Assembly: GCA_002376885.1 (NCBI GenBank)
Contig: DFOW01000001.1
Coordinates: 15,381 to 79,380, forward strand
DNA length: 64,000 nucleotides
Direction of reading: 5' to 3'
Source of the DNA: Patescibacteria group bacterium UBA3531
GTDB lineage: Bacteria; Patescibacteriota; Minisyncoccia; Phycocordibacterales; UBA3531
In this document: one piece after another, positions 37,716 through 47,222 of the stretch
How positions within the stretch are numbered: position 1 is the first letter of the stretch
How the letters are laid out: every line of letters begins with the position of its first letter
Translations under genes and position numbers: made by a program
Notes under the pieces: generated by a model
The model's input: the letters and a program-made list of their open reading frames with translations, nothing else
Database searches by the model: none
Told to the model about the DNA's origin: nothing

Positions 37716-38540
37716 CTACTTCTTCGGGGGCTTCCTTCCCTGCTGGAGTGCTTGTTGGGTGCAGACAGGCACCCTGATCGTGGGGTCAATGACCCGCTCC
37801 TTCCACGTCACCTCGGTGGTACGCTCGGGAGTCTTTGGATCCCAGGCCACAAGCTTTGTGGGGAGTGCTCGCCCACCCACAGCCATGATGTTCTTGCGCC
37901 CAATGTCGATCATTCGCACCGGCACAAGCTCCGTGCCTTGCATCTTCTCTTGCGTGACACGAAGAAGAGCGCCGTCGCTCTTCGCAATCATCATCGTGGT
38001 CTGGTCGTACCCGCTCGCAAACCGCGGGCGGAGCACAAAGACGTACACGGGTTCATCGTCGAGCATGCTCTCCTCCATCCGAAGGACAGAGAAGTGCTCA
38101 CCTCGCCTGAACTCCATGTCGCCCTGCGAGAGCTCCGTTCCGAAGAACGCGTCACCCCGACTTGCGCCGCTGATGCGTCTCCGGTTCCGAATGGACGGGA
38201 GATACATCCAGTAGTCGTTCGATCCTTCGTCGATCGCGCGCTCCATTACGAGCATGGTGGTGTTGCGTACCGTTGTCGGGGCAAAGAACTGCCCAAACAA
38301 GCAGTACTCGTTGTCACGCTCTACCGTCCACACACCAAGCTCGCCCTTGAGTCGCCGCTTACCTCGCTTGGTATCGACGTTCTCGAGCGTTACTCGAGCG
38401 TAGTTGGGAGCGAAGTTCTGACGAAGAGCACGTTCCAGGATCTGTTCCGGGTTCACCGGAATGGCGTCTTCGATCGCTCGGGCGGTGCTCTCGCCACCAA
38501 GGAGAGAGCCTACCAGAAACAAAATGATAGCAAGCCGCAT
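37716..38540 (-). CDS. LolA-like 'outer membrane lipoprotein-sorting' family protein
   Basis: Signal peptide; F..P..VRNT..L and WMYLPSIRNRRRISG...FFGTELSQGDM family signature; adjacent to MMPL. Confidence 0.82.
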   Translation of the reverse strand: MRLAIILFLVGSLLGGESTARAIEDAIPVNPEQILERALRQNFAPNYARVTLENVDTKRGKRRLKGELGVWTVERDNEYCLFGQFFAPTTVRNTTMLVMERAIDEGSNDYWMYLPSIRNRRRISGASRGDAFFGTELSQGDMEFRRGEHFSVLRMEESMLDDEPVYVFVLRPRFASGYDQTTMMIAKSDGALLRVTQEKMQGTELVPVRMIDIGRKNIMAVGGRALPTKLVAWDPKTPERTTEVTWKERVIDPTIRVPVCTQQALQQGRKPPKK

Positions 38541-38659
38541 GGCTCACCTCCTTGGAGTTTCGAAGATCCATGCGCGAAATGCGCATATCCAGTATTAAAA
38601 TAACACGTAAATTTTATTTGTCAATTAAACTGCCCTCCTTTAGGCCTTTTAAAGAATGC

Positions 38660-39454
38660 TTAAAGTTTTATATTCTTTTTATCTGTGACAAGAGAGAAGG
38701 TCTCATCATATCTACCTGCTGAAACAAAAAGTGGGTAGAAACTTATACTTGAAAAAATAACTGATTTTCCATTTTTACCGAGCGGTGTGTTTTTTTTAAT
38801 TTTTTGAAACTCTTTAAATTTATACTGATGAAATGGTTTGGGTGTTTTTAAGACGTCTTTTACTATATAAAGCTCTTTGTTGCGATGTCGTTTTCTCTGA
38901 TTTTTTAACATTTCTAGATTGCCAAGGATTTCCTCTATATCTCTTGCTACTATTTTATATCTCCTAGTTGATTTATCTGGTCCATATTCTAGAGAAACAC
39001 CGCATTTTGATGCACCTATTAAAGACCCCTTACCAAATTTATTTTTTCTAATTAGGGCTACTTTTGATATTGCAGAACAAGAAAGAAGTCTTTTTTTATT
39101 TTTATTAAAATCTGTAGTTATAAGAAGTCTATCTAGTTTTGAACTTGTACCATGAATATCTAAAACATAATCACATTTAGATATAATTTTTCGGATATGA
39201 TATGCGAGTTGTTGTTCCTGATTCCCACTTTTTTTACCAGGAAAACTTCTATTGAGATCTTGATGGATGTGTCGTGTCTTTGACTTCACTCCTTCTGGGT
39301 GAGCAATTATAAAAGTTATTGAGCCCTTTTTAAGGTCAATATTTTTTCTTAAGTATTTTATAGCCTCAATACCAATTGGTTCATCACCGTGGACGGCACC
39401 GACAATGGCAATTGATGGCCCTTTGATTTTACTTGTAGTTTTATACAGTTTCAT
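38660..39454 (-). CDS. Succinylglutamate desuccinylase / aspartoacylase family (M14-like) hydrolase
   Basis: HGDE, DLNRSFPG, LDIH and SLEYG motifs. Confidence 0.85.
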   Translation of the reverse strand: MKLYKTTSKIKGPSIAIVGAVHGDEPIGIEAIKYLRKNIDLKKGSITFIIAHPEGVKSKTRHIHQDLNRSFPGKKSGNQEQQLAYHIRKIISKCDYVLDIHGTSSKLDRLLITTDFNKNKKRLLSCSAISKVALIRKNKFGKGSLIGASKCGVSLEYGPDKSTRRYKIVARDIEEILGNLEMLKNQRKRHRNKELYIVKDVLKTPKPFHQYKFKEFQKIKKNTPLGKNGKSVIFSSISFYPLFVSAGRYDETFSLVTDKKNIKL

Positions 39455-39518
39455 TATCTAAAAAAAATTTGGGGAGGGGCGGTGGTGTCATCATACGACG
39501 ACACCACCGCACATGCCC

Positions 39519-40277
39519 CTAGAGGTACTTCGCACACAGATCTTTGCATGTGAAGGCCCACGTAGCCACTTCGGCGGGACACCCGCTTGCACCGAAGACT
39601 CGAAACTCGATGGTCCCGTGCCCAGTGATTCGGATGTAGTGCCAGCAGCTTCGCAGATCTTCCGACCATCCGTCGGCGCGTGCCTTCTCGTGAACTTCTT
39701 CCCATCCCTTGAACTTGGGAGGTCGGAAGTTAGGGGCGACAACCTGGTAGAGCCTGTGACGCTCTCCGTTCGAGTGGTCCCCGACATTTCGAAGCTCGTC
39801 GACATGATCCACTACCCCATTGTAGACACGCAGAGCAGATTCATGATCGGGCATACCCACATGGATGTGGGTTCCCGTTACACGACATGCCGCATCGAGA
39901 ACTTCTCTGGGCATGTCTTTGGTGATCTCCGCGTACCTGCCAGTCGGGTCGGGGTACACCGAGAGACACATACCAGGAGGGGCTACCTCCAAGAATTGCA
40001 CCGAGAGCCCTAGGAACGAACATGCTCGGTTGAGCGCACGATCATTCCTCATGAGAGTACCGAGCACGTCTTTGGGAAGAACAGGCCCGATACGATCTTC
40101 AATCTGACATGCCGACAGCTCGAAACCGAATTCCTCACACTCTCCAAGAGAGGCAAGAACTTCGTGAGCTCTCGGAACGATCTCTCCCTTGTCATCGGTA
40201 ACGAAACGTTCCCGTTCGATACCGAGAAACAAGGACCTCTCTCTGTCGAAAGAGAAGCGATCCAAGAATTCTTTCAC
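39519..40277 (-). CDS. Glutamate--cysteine ligase family 2 (GCS2/YbdK-like) carboxylate-amine ligase
   Basis: GIERE, ELSACQIE, GTHIHVG and GTIEFRVF motifs; GAAGGAGG SD. Confidence 0.82.
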   Translation of the reverse strand: MKEFLDRFSFDRERSLFLGIERERFVTDDKGEIVPRAHEVLASLGECEEFGFELSACQIEDRIGPVLPKDVLGTLMRNDRALNRACSFLGLSVQFLEVAPPGMCLSVYPDPTGRYAEITKDMPREVLDAACRVTGTHIHVGMPDHESALRVYNGVVDHVDELRNVGDHSNGERHRLYQVVAPNFRPPKFKGWEEVHEKARADGWSEDLRSCWHYIRITGHGTIEFRVFGASGCPAEVATWAFTCKDLCAKYL

Positions 40278-40312
40278 GAGAGTATCCTCCTTCTAAAGAA
40301 CTATTCGGGAAC

Positions 40313-40552
40313 AAAAAATCCCGTCCTCACGACACAACCATCTGTATTGTGTCAAAAGGACGAGAGTTTTCCCGCGGTACCACCTTTTTTATCCCATTAA
40401 TGAAATGGGATCACTTAACTGACTCATAAAGATATCAGTTTTCCTATGATTACGGAGGAAGCCGAGCTACCACTATCGCAGTAGCCATCCTGCCTACGGA
40501 GGCGATACAAGCCCAACCCCGAATCCTTGTTCGGGACCTGCATCAAGGATTT
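40313..40552 (-). ncRNA. T-box riboswitch (transcriptional) with atypical short Stem I
   Basis: AAAAGG-UGGUACC-GCGGG/CUCGU-CCUUUU antiterminator; overlapping terminator CUCGUCCU..GACACAA/UUGUGUC..AGGACGGG-AUUUUUU; Stem III AUCCCAUU/AAUGGGAU; CCGUAAUC IIA/B-like motif. Confidence 0.85.
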
Positions 40553-40578
40553 TATTTCTTAAATATACTTCTATTGAA

Positions 40579-40607
40579 AGTATAAACACCAACAGTTTAA
40601 CTGTCAA
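40579..40607 (-). promoter_or_regulatory. Sigma70 promoter of the T-box leader
   Basis: TTGACA-17 bp-TATACT. Confidence 0.8.
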
Positions 40608-40619
40608 TACAGAAAAGCA

Positions 40620-40649
40620 GGGGGCGCAGACCTTGACGCCTGCGCCCCC
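40620..40649 (-). terminator. Terminator of the trpS2 / CM-MTase operon
   Basis: GGGGGCGCAG/CTGCGCCCCC stem followed by TTTT on the minus strand. Confidence 0.65.
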
Positions 40650-40654
40650 ACTTT

Positions 40655-41776
40655 CTAGACACGAGTCGCTACCACGATCGTGTATGCACCATGCTCATTA
40701 CCTTCGTTGGAAAGACCTCGGTCAATCTTCTCGATCTCTTCACCGAGAAGCCCCTCCACCAGAAGGTTGCCTGGAAGCACGGACGACACTGTCGGATAGG
40801 TGTACATTTCGTCGATGACGAAATGTTGGTCGCTCACCATACTCTCGACGTCCGCAAAGGTGTACGGCCGTGCGAACACGGAGAACACCTCAGGTCCCGT
40901 CTCGGTATCCAGGTGGACATCGAGGCATTCCTCGTCGAGGTTGATCTGGGCTGCGAGACCCAGGGGCCACGGAAGGAATTGCTTGTAGACGAGAGCATCC
41001 AGGTTATAGAACGAGGCGAACAGCTTTCCACCCGGGGAGAGGACGTCGTGAAGGTTCGCAAGAAGCTTGCGGATCTCCCTGATGTCACTCCCTGTGCCCA
41101 TGGAAAGCGCTGCAAACGAGACAGAAGTCTGCGGGAACGAAAGGTTTCCTTCGTCCAGGTCATGGACGAAGAACTCGGCATTTCCGATGGACTTCTTCTT
41201 GGCCTCTCTGATCATGTGAGGACTGATGTCATAGCCCACCACACGATCGAACCTTGCCGCAAGGCGAGCGGCCTGAATCCCTGTAGCACAGCCAAGATCA
41301 AGGGCGCGCTCACGCTCGTCCTTGCTCATGTTCTCGACGATTCGATCGAGTACCTCTCTTTCGAACCTGAGATACGAGTCCGTGCTGAAGGTACCCCCCA
41401 GGAACTTCTCCTCGTACCATGGGGCGACACGCTCGGTTAGGTCGAGAAGCGCTTGCTTACGATCCCTCGGAGTCTTCTCCAGGGAATGGTCTCCCTGGAG
41501 AAGTCGAAGCTGTTCGTGACACGACTGAAGGATGGAGAAGTACATCAGCGCCCCAGCAAAATGGGAACGTACTCCGTACTTCTTTGCCCACTCCTGGGCT
41601 GCCTTCATCACACGAGCATCCTCGATTTCCTCTCGGATGATCGGCTGACCCTGGGAACGCTTGTAACGTTCCACCTGTGCCGCAAGCTCCATCCGACGAG
41701 CAAAGATCGCAAGGATCGTCTCGTCGACTGCCCCAAGCCTCTTTGCGAGGATCTCGAGGTTGGGTAGTTCTGTCAT
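40655..41776 (-). CDS. Chorismate mutase (AroQ)-like domain fused to a class I SAM methyltransferase
   Basis: N-terminal VDETILAIFARRMELAAQVERYK..QPI AroQ pattern; LDLGCATG, GYDISPHM and LSPGG methyltransferase motifs. Confidence 0.82.
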   Translation of the reverse strand: MTELPNLEILAKRLGAVDETILAIFARRMELAAQVERYKRSQGQPIIREEIEDARVMKAAQEWAKKYGVRSHFAGALMYFSILQSCHEQLRLLQGDHSLEKTPRDRKQALLDLTERVAPWYEEKFLGGTFSTDSYLRFEREVLDRIVENMSKDERERALDLGCATGIQAARLAARFDRVVGYDISPHMIREAKKKSIGNAEFFVHDLDEGNLSFPQTSVSFAALSMGTGSDIREIRKLLANLHDVLSPGGKLFASFYNLDALVYKQFLPWPLGLAAQINLDEECLDVHLDTETGPEVFSVFARPYTFADVESMVSDQHFVIDEMYTYPTVSSVLPGNLLVEGLLGEEIEKIDRGLSNEGNEHGAYTIVVATRV

Positions 41777-41789
41777 CTCTTGGATCCTT

Positions 41790-42788
41790 CTAGTACTGCC
41801 TGATTCCCATCAGGTCGCGTACTTGTTCGGTCGTTTCCTTGATCATGGCTCGGGCGGTCTTTCCACCTTCTACCAGAACTTCTTCGACGTAATCTCGCTT
41901 CTTGGCGAGTTCACGTCGTCTCTCCTGGAACGGCTCGATGACCGACGCAAGGCTTTCGATGAGGAGAGTCTTGCATTCACCGCAACCGATCGAGGCAGAT
42001 TGACACGCATGTGCAATCTCTCGGTTGCCTTTTTCGCCAGGAGTGATGAGCTCGTGAACCGGATACACGGACTTGCATCCGTGATACGGGTCACCGGGAT
42101 CGGTTCGTGTCCTTCGTGCAGGGTCCGTGACTCCGCGCTTCTTGTACAAGTTACCGATTTCGGCGATAGGAAGATTGATGTCGACAGCGTTACTGGCGTC
42201 TGACTTTCCCATCTTCCCACCGTCGAGACCAGGCACCTTCACCATTTCGGAGAGCATTCGCGGTTCTGCGAAAACATCTCCGAAGCGGCTGTTGAAACGA
42301 CGAGCAATGGAGCGCGCCATCTCAACGTTCGGGACCTGGTCCTCGCCACACGGCACAAGGGTCGCCTGCGGACCAAGAATGTCCGCAGCCATCAGCACGG
42401 GGTAGGAAACCAAACCGAGACTCACACGGTCCGGATTCCTCTTCACCAGATCCTTGAAGGTCGGAACCCTCTGCAGATCTCCAAGCGGTTGAAACATGGA
42501 GAGATACAGGAAGAGTTCCACCGTCTCGGGAACGCTCGACTGAGCGTAGATGACGGACTGCTCCGGGTCGAGACCCGCAGCGAGGTAGTCCGTAACGATC
42601 TCGAGGAGGTTCTTTCGAAGCTCTTCGGGGTCGTCGAGCGTCGTCAAGGTGTGCAGATCTGCAACGAAGTAGAGGCAGCGATTTCCTTCCGCCTGATGCT
42701 CCACAAAGTTCCTCACTGCACCCAGGAAGTTTCCGAAATGGAGTCTTCCTGTAGCCCTGATTCCAGAAAGCACGGTCTCTTTATTCAC
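41790..42788 (-). CDS. trpS: Tryptophan--tRNA ligase, copy 2 (GC-rich, probable 4Fe-4S type)
   Basis: SGIRATGRLHFGN, YPVLMAADIL, VPCGEDQ, KMGKS and C-x23-C-x6-C-x2-C. Confidence 0.93.
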   Translation of the reverse strand: MNKETVLSGIRATGRLHFGNFLGAVRNFVEHQAEGNRCLYFVADLHTLTTLDDPEELRKNLLEIVTDYLAAGLDPEQSVIYAQSSVPETVELFLYLSMFQPLGDLQRVPTFKDLVKRNPDRVSLGLVSYPVLMAADILGPQATLVPCGEDQVPNVEMARSIARRFNSRFGDVFAEPRMLSEMVKVPGLDGGKMGKSDASNAVDINLPIAEIGNLYKKRGVTDPARRTRTDPGDPYHGCKSVYPVHELITPGEKGNREIAHACQSASIGCGECKTLLIESLASVIEPFQERRRELAKKRDYVEEVLVEGGKTARAMIKETTEQVRDLMGIRQY

Positions 42789-42895
42789 GTCTACTCCTCC
42801 GAAGGTTTCTAACTCTAGGTGACAAGCACGATGCTTGGCAAAGACCTTGTTCTGATCAGAAGTCTAACAATTAAAACTTTGTTGTCAATGTTTAA

Positions 42896-43969
42896 CTACA
42901 CCCCCTCTTCCTTTAACTCTTCAATGAGTTTTTTTGCTTTTTTAGAAAGCTTGCCTGGAGTTTTTACAATGAGTTTTATAAGTAGGTCTCCTCGTTTATT
43001 GTCACTTACCGGTACTCCTTTGCCACGCAAACGAAGCACCTCGCCACTTGAAGCACCTGCAGGGATCGTTACTTTTAGGTTTCCTTCAAGTGTCTCTACG
43101 CTGTAGTCTGCACCAAGCACGGCATCGGTAAGTTTTACATTTAAATCCATAAGAAGATCTGATGCTTGCCGTTTAAAGGCTTCGTGTGCTTCTACATGCA
43201 CTCGCAAATACAGATCTCCTGTTACCCCATGTGGCACAGCCTCTCCTTTCCCGGAAAGCCTAATCATTTCGCCATGTTGGATACCTGCTGGGATAGTGAT
43301 ATTAATTTCTTCATCACTTTTTACTACGCCAGAGCCGTTACAGTCTTTACACTTTTCTTTAGGAATTGAACCCTTTCCAAAACAATCAGAACACTCTTTA
43401 ACTTGTGTAAAGGTCCCTAACAGAGATTTTCTTGTTTCGTGGAGTTTACCCTTACCGTTACAGGTATTGCAGGTGATTGTCTCCTTTTCATTCTTTGCCC
43501 CCGTACCATTGCAGGTTTTACACTGAGAGTTTTTAGTGAGTTTTATGATGCGAGTCGTTCCAAAAATGCTTTCCTTAAAAGGCAGTTGAATATCTACTTG
43601 GATGTCGCTCCCTCGGCGGACATTTGCACCACGGCCACCAAACGGACCACCCCCGGTAAAGATGTTTTCAAAAATATCACCCAAGTCGACATTAAACCCA
43701 TCTGCTCCTTGGAAACCAGAGAAATCAAAACCACCAAAACCTTGTCCACCGCCACCAGAAAATGCCTGGCCGTAGGTATCGTATTCGGCTCGTTTTTTAT
43801 CGTTTGAAAGGACTGTGTAGGCCTCGTTTACTTCTTTGAATTTTGCTTCGTCTCCCCCTTTGTCGGGATGGTATTTATGCGCAAGACGTCTAAAGGCTTT
43901 TTTGATTTCGTCTTTAGAAGCCTTTTTATCTACCCCCAATACTTGATAGTAGTCTTTATTGGCTGACAT
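42896..43969 (-). CDS. dnaJ: Chaperone DnaJ
   Basis: J domain with HPD, G/F region and four CxxCxGxG repeats. Confidence 0.97.
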   Translation of the reverse strand: MSANKDYYQVLGVDKKASKDEIKKAFRRLAHKYHPDKGGDEAKFKEVNEAYTVLSNDKKRAEYDTYGQAFSGGGGQGFGGFDFSGFQGADGFNVDLGDIFENIFTGGGPFGGRGANVRRGSDIQVDIQLPFKESIFGTTRIIKLTKNSQCKTCNGTGAKNEKETITCNTCNGKGKLHETRKSLLGTFTQVKECSDCFGKGSIPKEKCKDCNGSGVVKSDEEINITIPAGIQHGEMIRLSGKGEAVPHGVTGDLYLRVHVEAHEAFKRQASDLLMDLNVKLTDAVLGADYSVETLEGNLKVTIPAGASSGEVLRLRGKGVPVSDNKRGDLLIKLIVKTPGKLSKKAKKLIEELKEEGV

Positions 43970-44571
43970 TATTTTTGGATATTTAATTTAGTTTTAGGAA
44001 AAAGTTTTTTTATTATACTCTCATACCCATCTCTCTCAACAATTTCCCAGGCCTCCTTATATGCTGGGAACATTTGGGATTTTTCTATATCACGCTCTAA
44101 TCGACTCGGTTCATTTAATACATCTTTGTAGAGAGCTTTTAAAACAGCATGCACCGCAACATGGATAATTACCAGATTCTCTTTATTTGGATACATTTCT
44201 TTAAGAATTTGAAAAAAACTGTATTCTTCTTTGTCTCTACTAAACAATCGATGTATCAACTCATGAGAAAGAATATCAATATAGCGGTCAGGCTCCAGGT
44301 AGGAACCAGTAACAAGGGGTGTGCTAAAACCACCCTTATAAGCAGGTAGTAAATACACATTAATCGTATCTTCTTTGTATGTCAGACCACATATGTCTTG
44401 TAGTCCGAGTAGTATTTTCTCTTCTACCTGCGACCACCTCTTTTTATATTCTTCAGCTCGTTCCTGTAATTTTTCTAAAGAAAGGGGTTCCCACTTTTTT
44501 TCTTGGGCATATAATGCAGCCATCTGGTGAAGTTTATGCTGCGTTATAAACTCTACCTTAGGAATATTCAT
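43969..44571 (-). CDS. Hypothetical protein with HExxH zinc-metallopeptidase motif
   Basis: [10 protein letters not shown]; stop/start overlaps with both dnaK and dnaJ. Confidence 0.7.
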   Translation of the reverse strand: MNIPKVEFITQHKLHQMAALYAQEKKWEPLSLEKLQERAEEYKKRWSQVEEKILLGLQDICGLTYKEDTINVYLLPAYKGGFSTPLVTGSYLEPDRYIDILSHELIHRLFSRDKEEYSFFQILKEMYPNKENLVIIHVAVHAVLKALYKDVLNEPSRLERDIEKSQMFPAYKEAWEIVERDGYESIIKKLFPKTKLNIQK

Positions 44572-46499
44572 TATTCTTTTTTATCTTCCTCTTTGAAGTC
44601 TGCGTCTTTTACGTTACTGTCTCCATTCTGGGTGCTATCCTGATCTTCTTTGCCTGCTTGGTTTTGATTTTGTTCTGGGGCGGTTTGTTTTTGCATTGCC
44701 TCTCCTATTTTTTGCATTTCTTTAGAAAGATCTTCTGTTGCTTTTTTGATTGCTTCGTTATCGTTACCAGCAAGTGCCTTTTTGGTTTCGTCTACTTTTT
44801 CAGTAACTGCTTTTTTAATATCATCACTAATTTTACCTTCTGCATCTTTAAGCGCCTTTTCTGCAGTATACACAAGAGATTCTGCAATATTTTTTGTTTC
44901 TGCTCCTTCCTTTTTCTTTTTATCTTCTTCTGCGTGGAGCTCTGCATCTTTTTTCATCTTCTCAATGTCTTCTGCTGACAAGCTTGATTTAGCTTCAATC
45001 CTAATTGATTGTTCTTTACCACTTGCCTTGTCTACTGCCTTAACAGAAAGGATTCCGTTTGCATCGATATCAAATGACACCTCTACTTGTGGAGTTCCTC
45101 TCGGTGCTGGTGGAATACCATCTAAAATAAAGCGTCCAAGACTTTTATTGTCTCCTGCCATTTCTCGTTCCCCTTGCACCACATGCACTTCAACACTGGT
45201 TTGGTTGTCTGCTGCAGTTGAGAAGGTTTGAGATTTACTTGCAGGAATAGTGGTATTTTTTTCGATAAGTTTTGTGGCTACTCCTCCAAGAGTTTCGATT
45301 CCTAGCGAAAGCGGTGTAACATCGAGCAAAAGAACATCTTTAACGTCTCCTTGGAAGATTCCTCCTTGTACAGCGGCGCCAATAGCCACCACCTCGTCTG
45401 GGTTAATGGTTCGGTTTGGATCTTTGCCGAAGAGTTCTTTTACCTTTTCTTGAATAATCGGCATTCGGGTTTGCCCACCGACTAAAATAATTTCATCAAT
45501 GTCACTAATTGCAAATCCTGAAGCTTCTACTGCTTGTTTTGTGATATCAATTGATCGATCTACAAATTTGCTTGCTAAATCCTCAAGTTGCGTTCTTGTC
45601 ATTTTTAGTAGCAAATGTTTTGGGCCATCTGCGTCGCTTGTAATGAAGGGAATATTGATTTCTGTTTCTGTTGTAGTTGAGAGCTCGTGCTTTGCCTTCT
45701 CTGCTCCTTCTTTAAGACGTTGAAGAGCAAGTTCATCTTTTAAGATGTCTACACCGTTTTCTTTTTTAAATTCTTCTCCAATCCATTTAATGATTTCTTG
45801 ATCGATATCTTCCCCACCCATGTGAGAATCTCCATCGGTTGATTTGACTTCGATACTTTGACCTTCCTCGTCCCCTGTTCCAATTTCAAGAACTGACACA
45901 TCAAAGGTTCCTCCACCAAAGTCATACACCACTACTTGCTCATTCTTTTTTTTGTCGAGGCCGTAAGCAAGTGCAGCTGCGGTTGGTTCGTTAATAATTC
46001 TACGAACTTTGAGCCCTGCGATTTCTCCTGCATTTTTAGTTGCTTGTCGTTGAGAGTCATCAAAGTATGCAGGCACGGTAATAACTGCTTCTTCTACTTT
46101 CTCTCCTAATTTTGCTTCTGCATCTTTTTTAAGTTTTTGGAGAATTTTTGCGCTGATTTCTTCTGGACGGAAGAACTTGTCTCCCATTTTTACCTTTACA
46201 CCGCCATCGTCTGATCGCTCCATTTCGTAGGCGACAATATCTTTTTCTTCCTTAACGACACTATCTTCAAACCGGTGTCCCATAAGGCGCTTGATTCCGT
46301 GAATGGTATTTTTTGGGTTGGTAACTGCCTGTCGTTTAGCTAAAAGACCAACAAGTGTCTCACCTGATTTTGAGAGCGCAACAACTGATGGTGTTGTTCG
46401 GTTTCCTTCTTGGTTTTCAATAACTTTTGGTTCACCACCCTCAACCGCAGCAACAGCAGAATTAGTGGTTCCCAAATCAATTCCAATGATTTTTGCCAT
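44571..46499 (-). CDS. dnaK: Chaperone DnaK
   Basis: [15 protein letters not shown] and [10 protein letters not shown] motifs. Confidence 0.98.
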   Translation of the reverse strand: MAKIIGIDLGTTNSAVAAVEGGEPKVIENQEGNRTTPSVVALSKSGETLVGLLAKRQAVTNPKNTIHGIKRLMGHRFEDSVVKEEKDIVAYEMERSDDGGVKVKMGDKFFRPEEISAKILQKLKKDAEAKLGEKVEEAVITVPAYFDDSQRQATKNAGEIAGLKVRRIINEPTAAALAYGLDKKKNEQVVVYDFGGGTFDVSVLEIGTGDEEGQSIEVKSTDGDSHMGGEDIDQEIIKWIGEEFKKENGVDILKDELALQRLKEGAEKAKHELSTTTETEINIPFITSDADGPKHLLLKMTRTQLEDLASKFVDRSIDITKQAVEASGFAISDIDEIILVGGQTRMPIIQEKVKELFGKDPNRTINPDEVVAIGAAVQGGIFQGDVKDVLLLDVTPLSLGIETLGGVATKLIEKNTTIPASKSQTFSTAADNQTSVEVHVVQGEREMAGDNKSLGRFILDGIPPAPRGTPQVEVSFDIDANGILSVKAVDKASGKEQSIRIEAKSSLSAEDIEKMKKDAELHAEEDKKKKEGAETKNIAESLVYTAEKALKDAEGKISDDIKKAVTEKVDETKKALAGNDNEAIKKATEDLSKEMQKIGEAMQKQTAPEQNQNQAGKEDQDSTQNGDSNVKDADFKEEDKKE

Positions 46500-46525
46500 G
46501 ATATTTAGTGGTTAATTAGTAATGA

Positions 46526-46644
46526 AAGTGTCTTATTAAGCGACGTAGAGTGAGATCCGATACTACTTTTTATAAAAGTGGGTGTCGGGCGAGCCGAGGA
46601 GCTTATATAGTTCCAAGGATATACAACTCTACTCTTAAGGGACT
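46526..46644. repeat. Structured intergenic element between grpE and dnaK, related to 19528-19646
   Basis: GTAGAGT/ACTCTAC closing stem; inner hairpin CCGATACTACTTTT/AAAAGTGGGTGTCGG; then GCGAGCCGAGGAGC. Confidence 0.45.
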
Positions 46645-46652
46645 ATATACTA

Positions 46653-47204
46653 TCACGATTTTTTGTATTCGGCCACTTTGACTCGCGCCGGCCGAACAAT
46701 GTGATTATTTAACATAAAACCTTTTTGAATAATGTCAGTAATTTTCCCGTCGTCTCCTTTTTTGTCTGCCTCTACAACTTCTGCTGACACATGACGATTA
46801 GGGTCAAAAGGCTTTCCAAGGTCTTCGTAAGGCTCGAGTCCATGGTTTTTTAGGGTTTCCATCAAGTGATTATAAATATACTCAACCCCTGTTCGCCATA
46901 CTTGGTCTACCTTCTCCCATGCCTCTTTATCTTTAAAGGCCATATCGAAGCTATCGATAACCGGGAAAAGATCATTAATTAAATCTTCTTTAGCAAGAGA
47001 ACGAAGACGGGTTTTATCGTCCTCAAAATTACGTTTTGCATTAACAAAATCCGCTTTTGAGCGTTGCCATCCTTCGAGATACTCACCCTTTTCCTTTCGG
47101 CAGGCTTCGAGTTCTTTTTTTAGTTTCTTTAGCTTTTTGGCGTACTCGGGAGTATCTTCAAGGGATTCGTATTCAATGTCATCGTATGAATCCTTTTTAG
47201 ACAT
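46653..47204 (-). CDS. grpE: Nucleotide exchange factor GrpE
   Basis: QRSKADFVN, FDPNRH and QKGF...RPARVKV motifs. Confidence 0.95.
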   Translation of the reverse strand: MSKKDSYDDIEYESLEDTPEYAKKLKKLKKELEACRKEKGEYLEGWQRSKADFVNAKRNFEDDKTRLRSLAKEDLINDLFPVIDSFDMAFKDKEAWEKVDQVWRTGVEYIYNHLMETLKNHGLEPYEDLGKPFDPNRHVSAEVVEADKKGDDGKITDIIQKGFMLNNHIVRPARVKVAEYKKS

Positions 47205-47222
47205 AGATTATATGGGGCGAGA

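Noticed and set aside
34364-42812. Many long overlapping or antisense ORFs (e.g. 35214-36365 +, 37662-38603 +, 35947-36894 -, 40691-41440 +)
   Set aside because: Shadow frames of GC-rich genes with few stop codons; they have no motifs, SD sites or promoters, and the real frames carry clear family signatures.
42789-42895. T-box or Trp attenuator upstream of the second trpS
   Set aside because: The leader is short, with only a small hairpin; no UGGNACC bulge or Trp-codon leader peptide.
46500-47222. CIRCE/HrcA heat-shock control
   Set aside because: No TTAGCACTC-N9-GAGTGCTAA seen upstream of grpE or dnaK, and no hrcA in the window.
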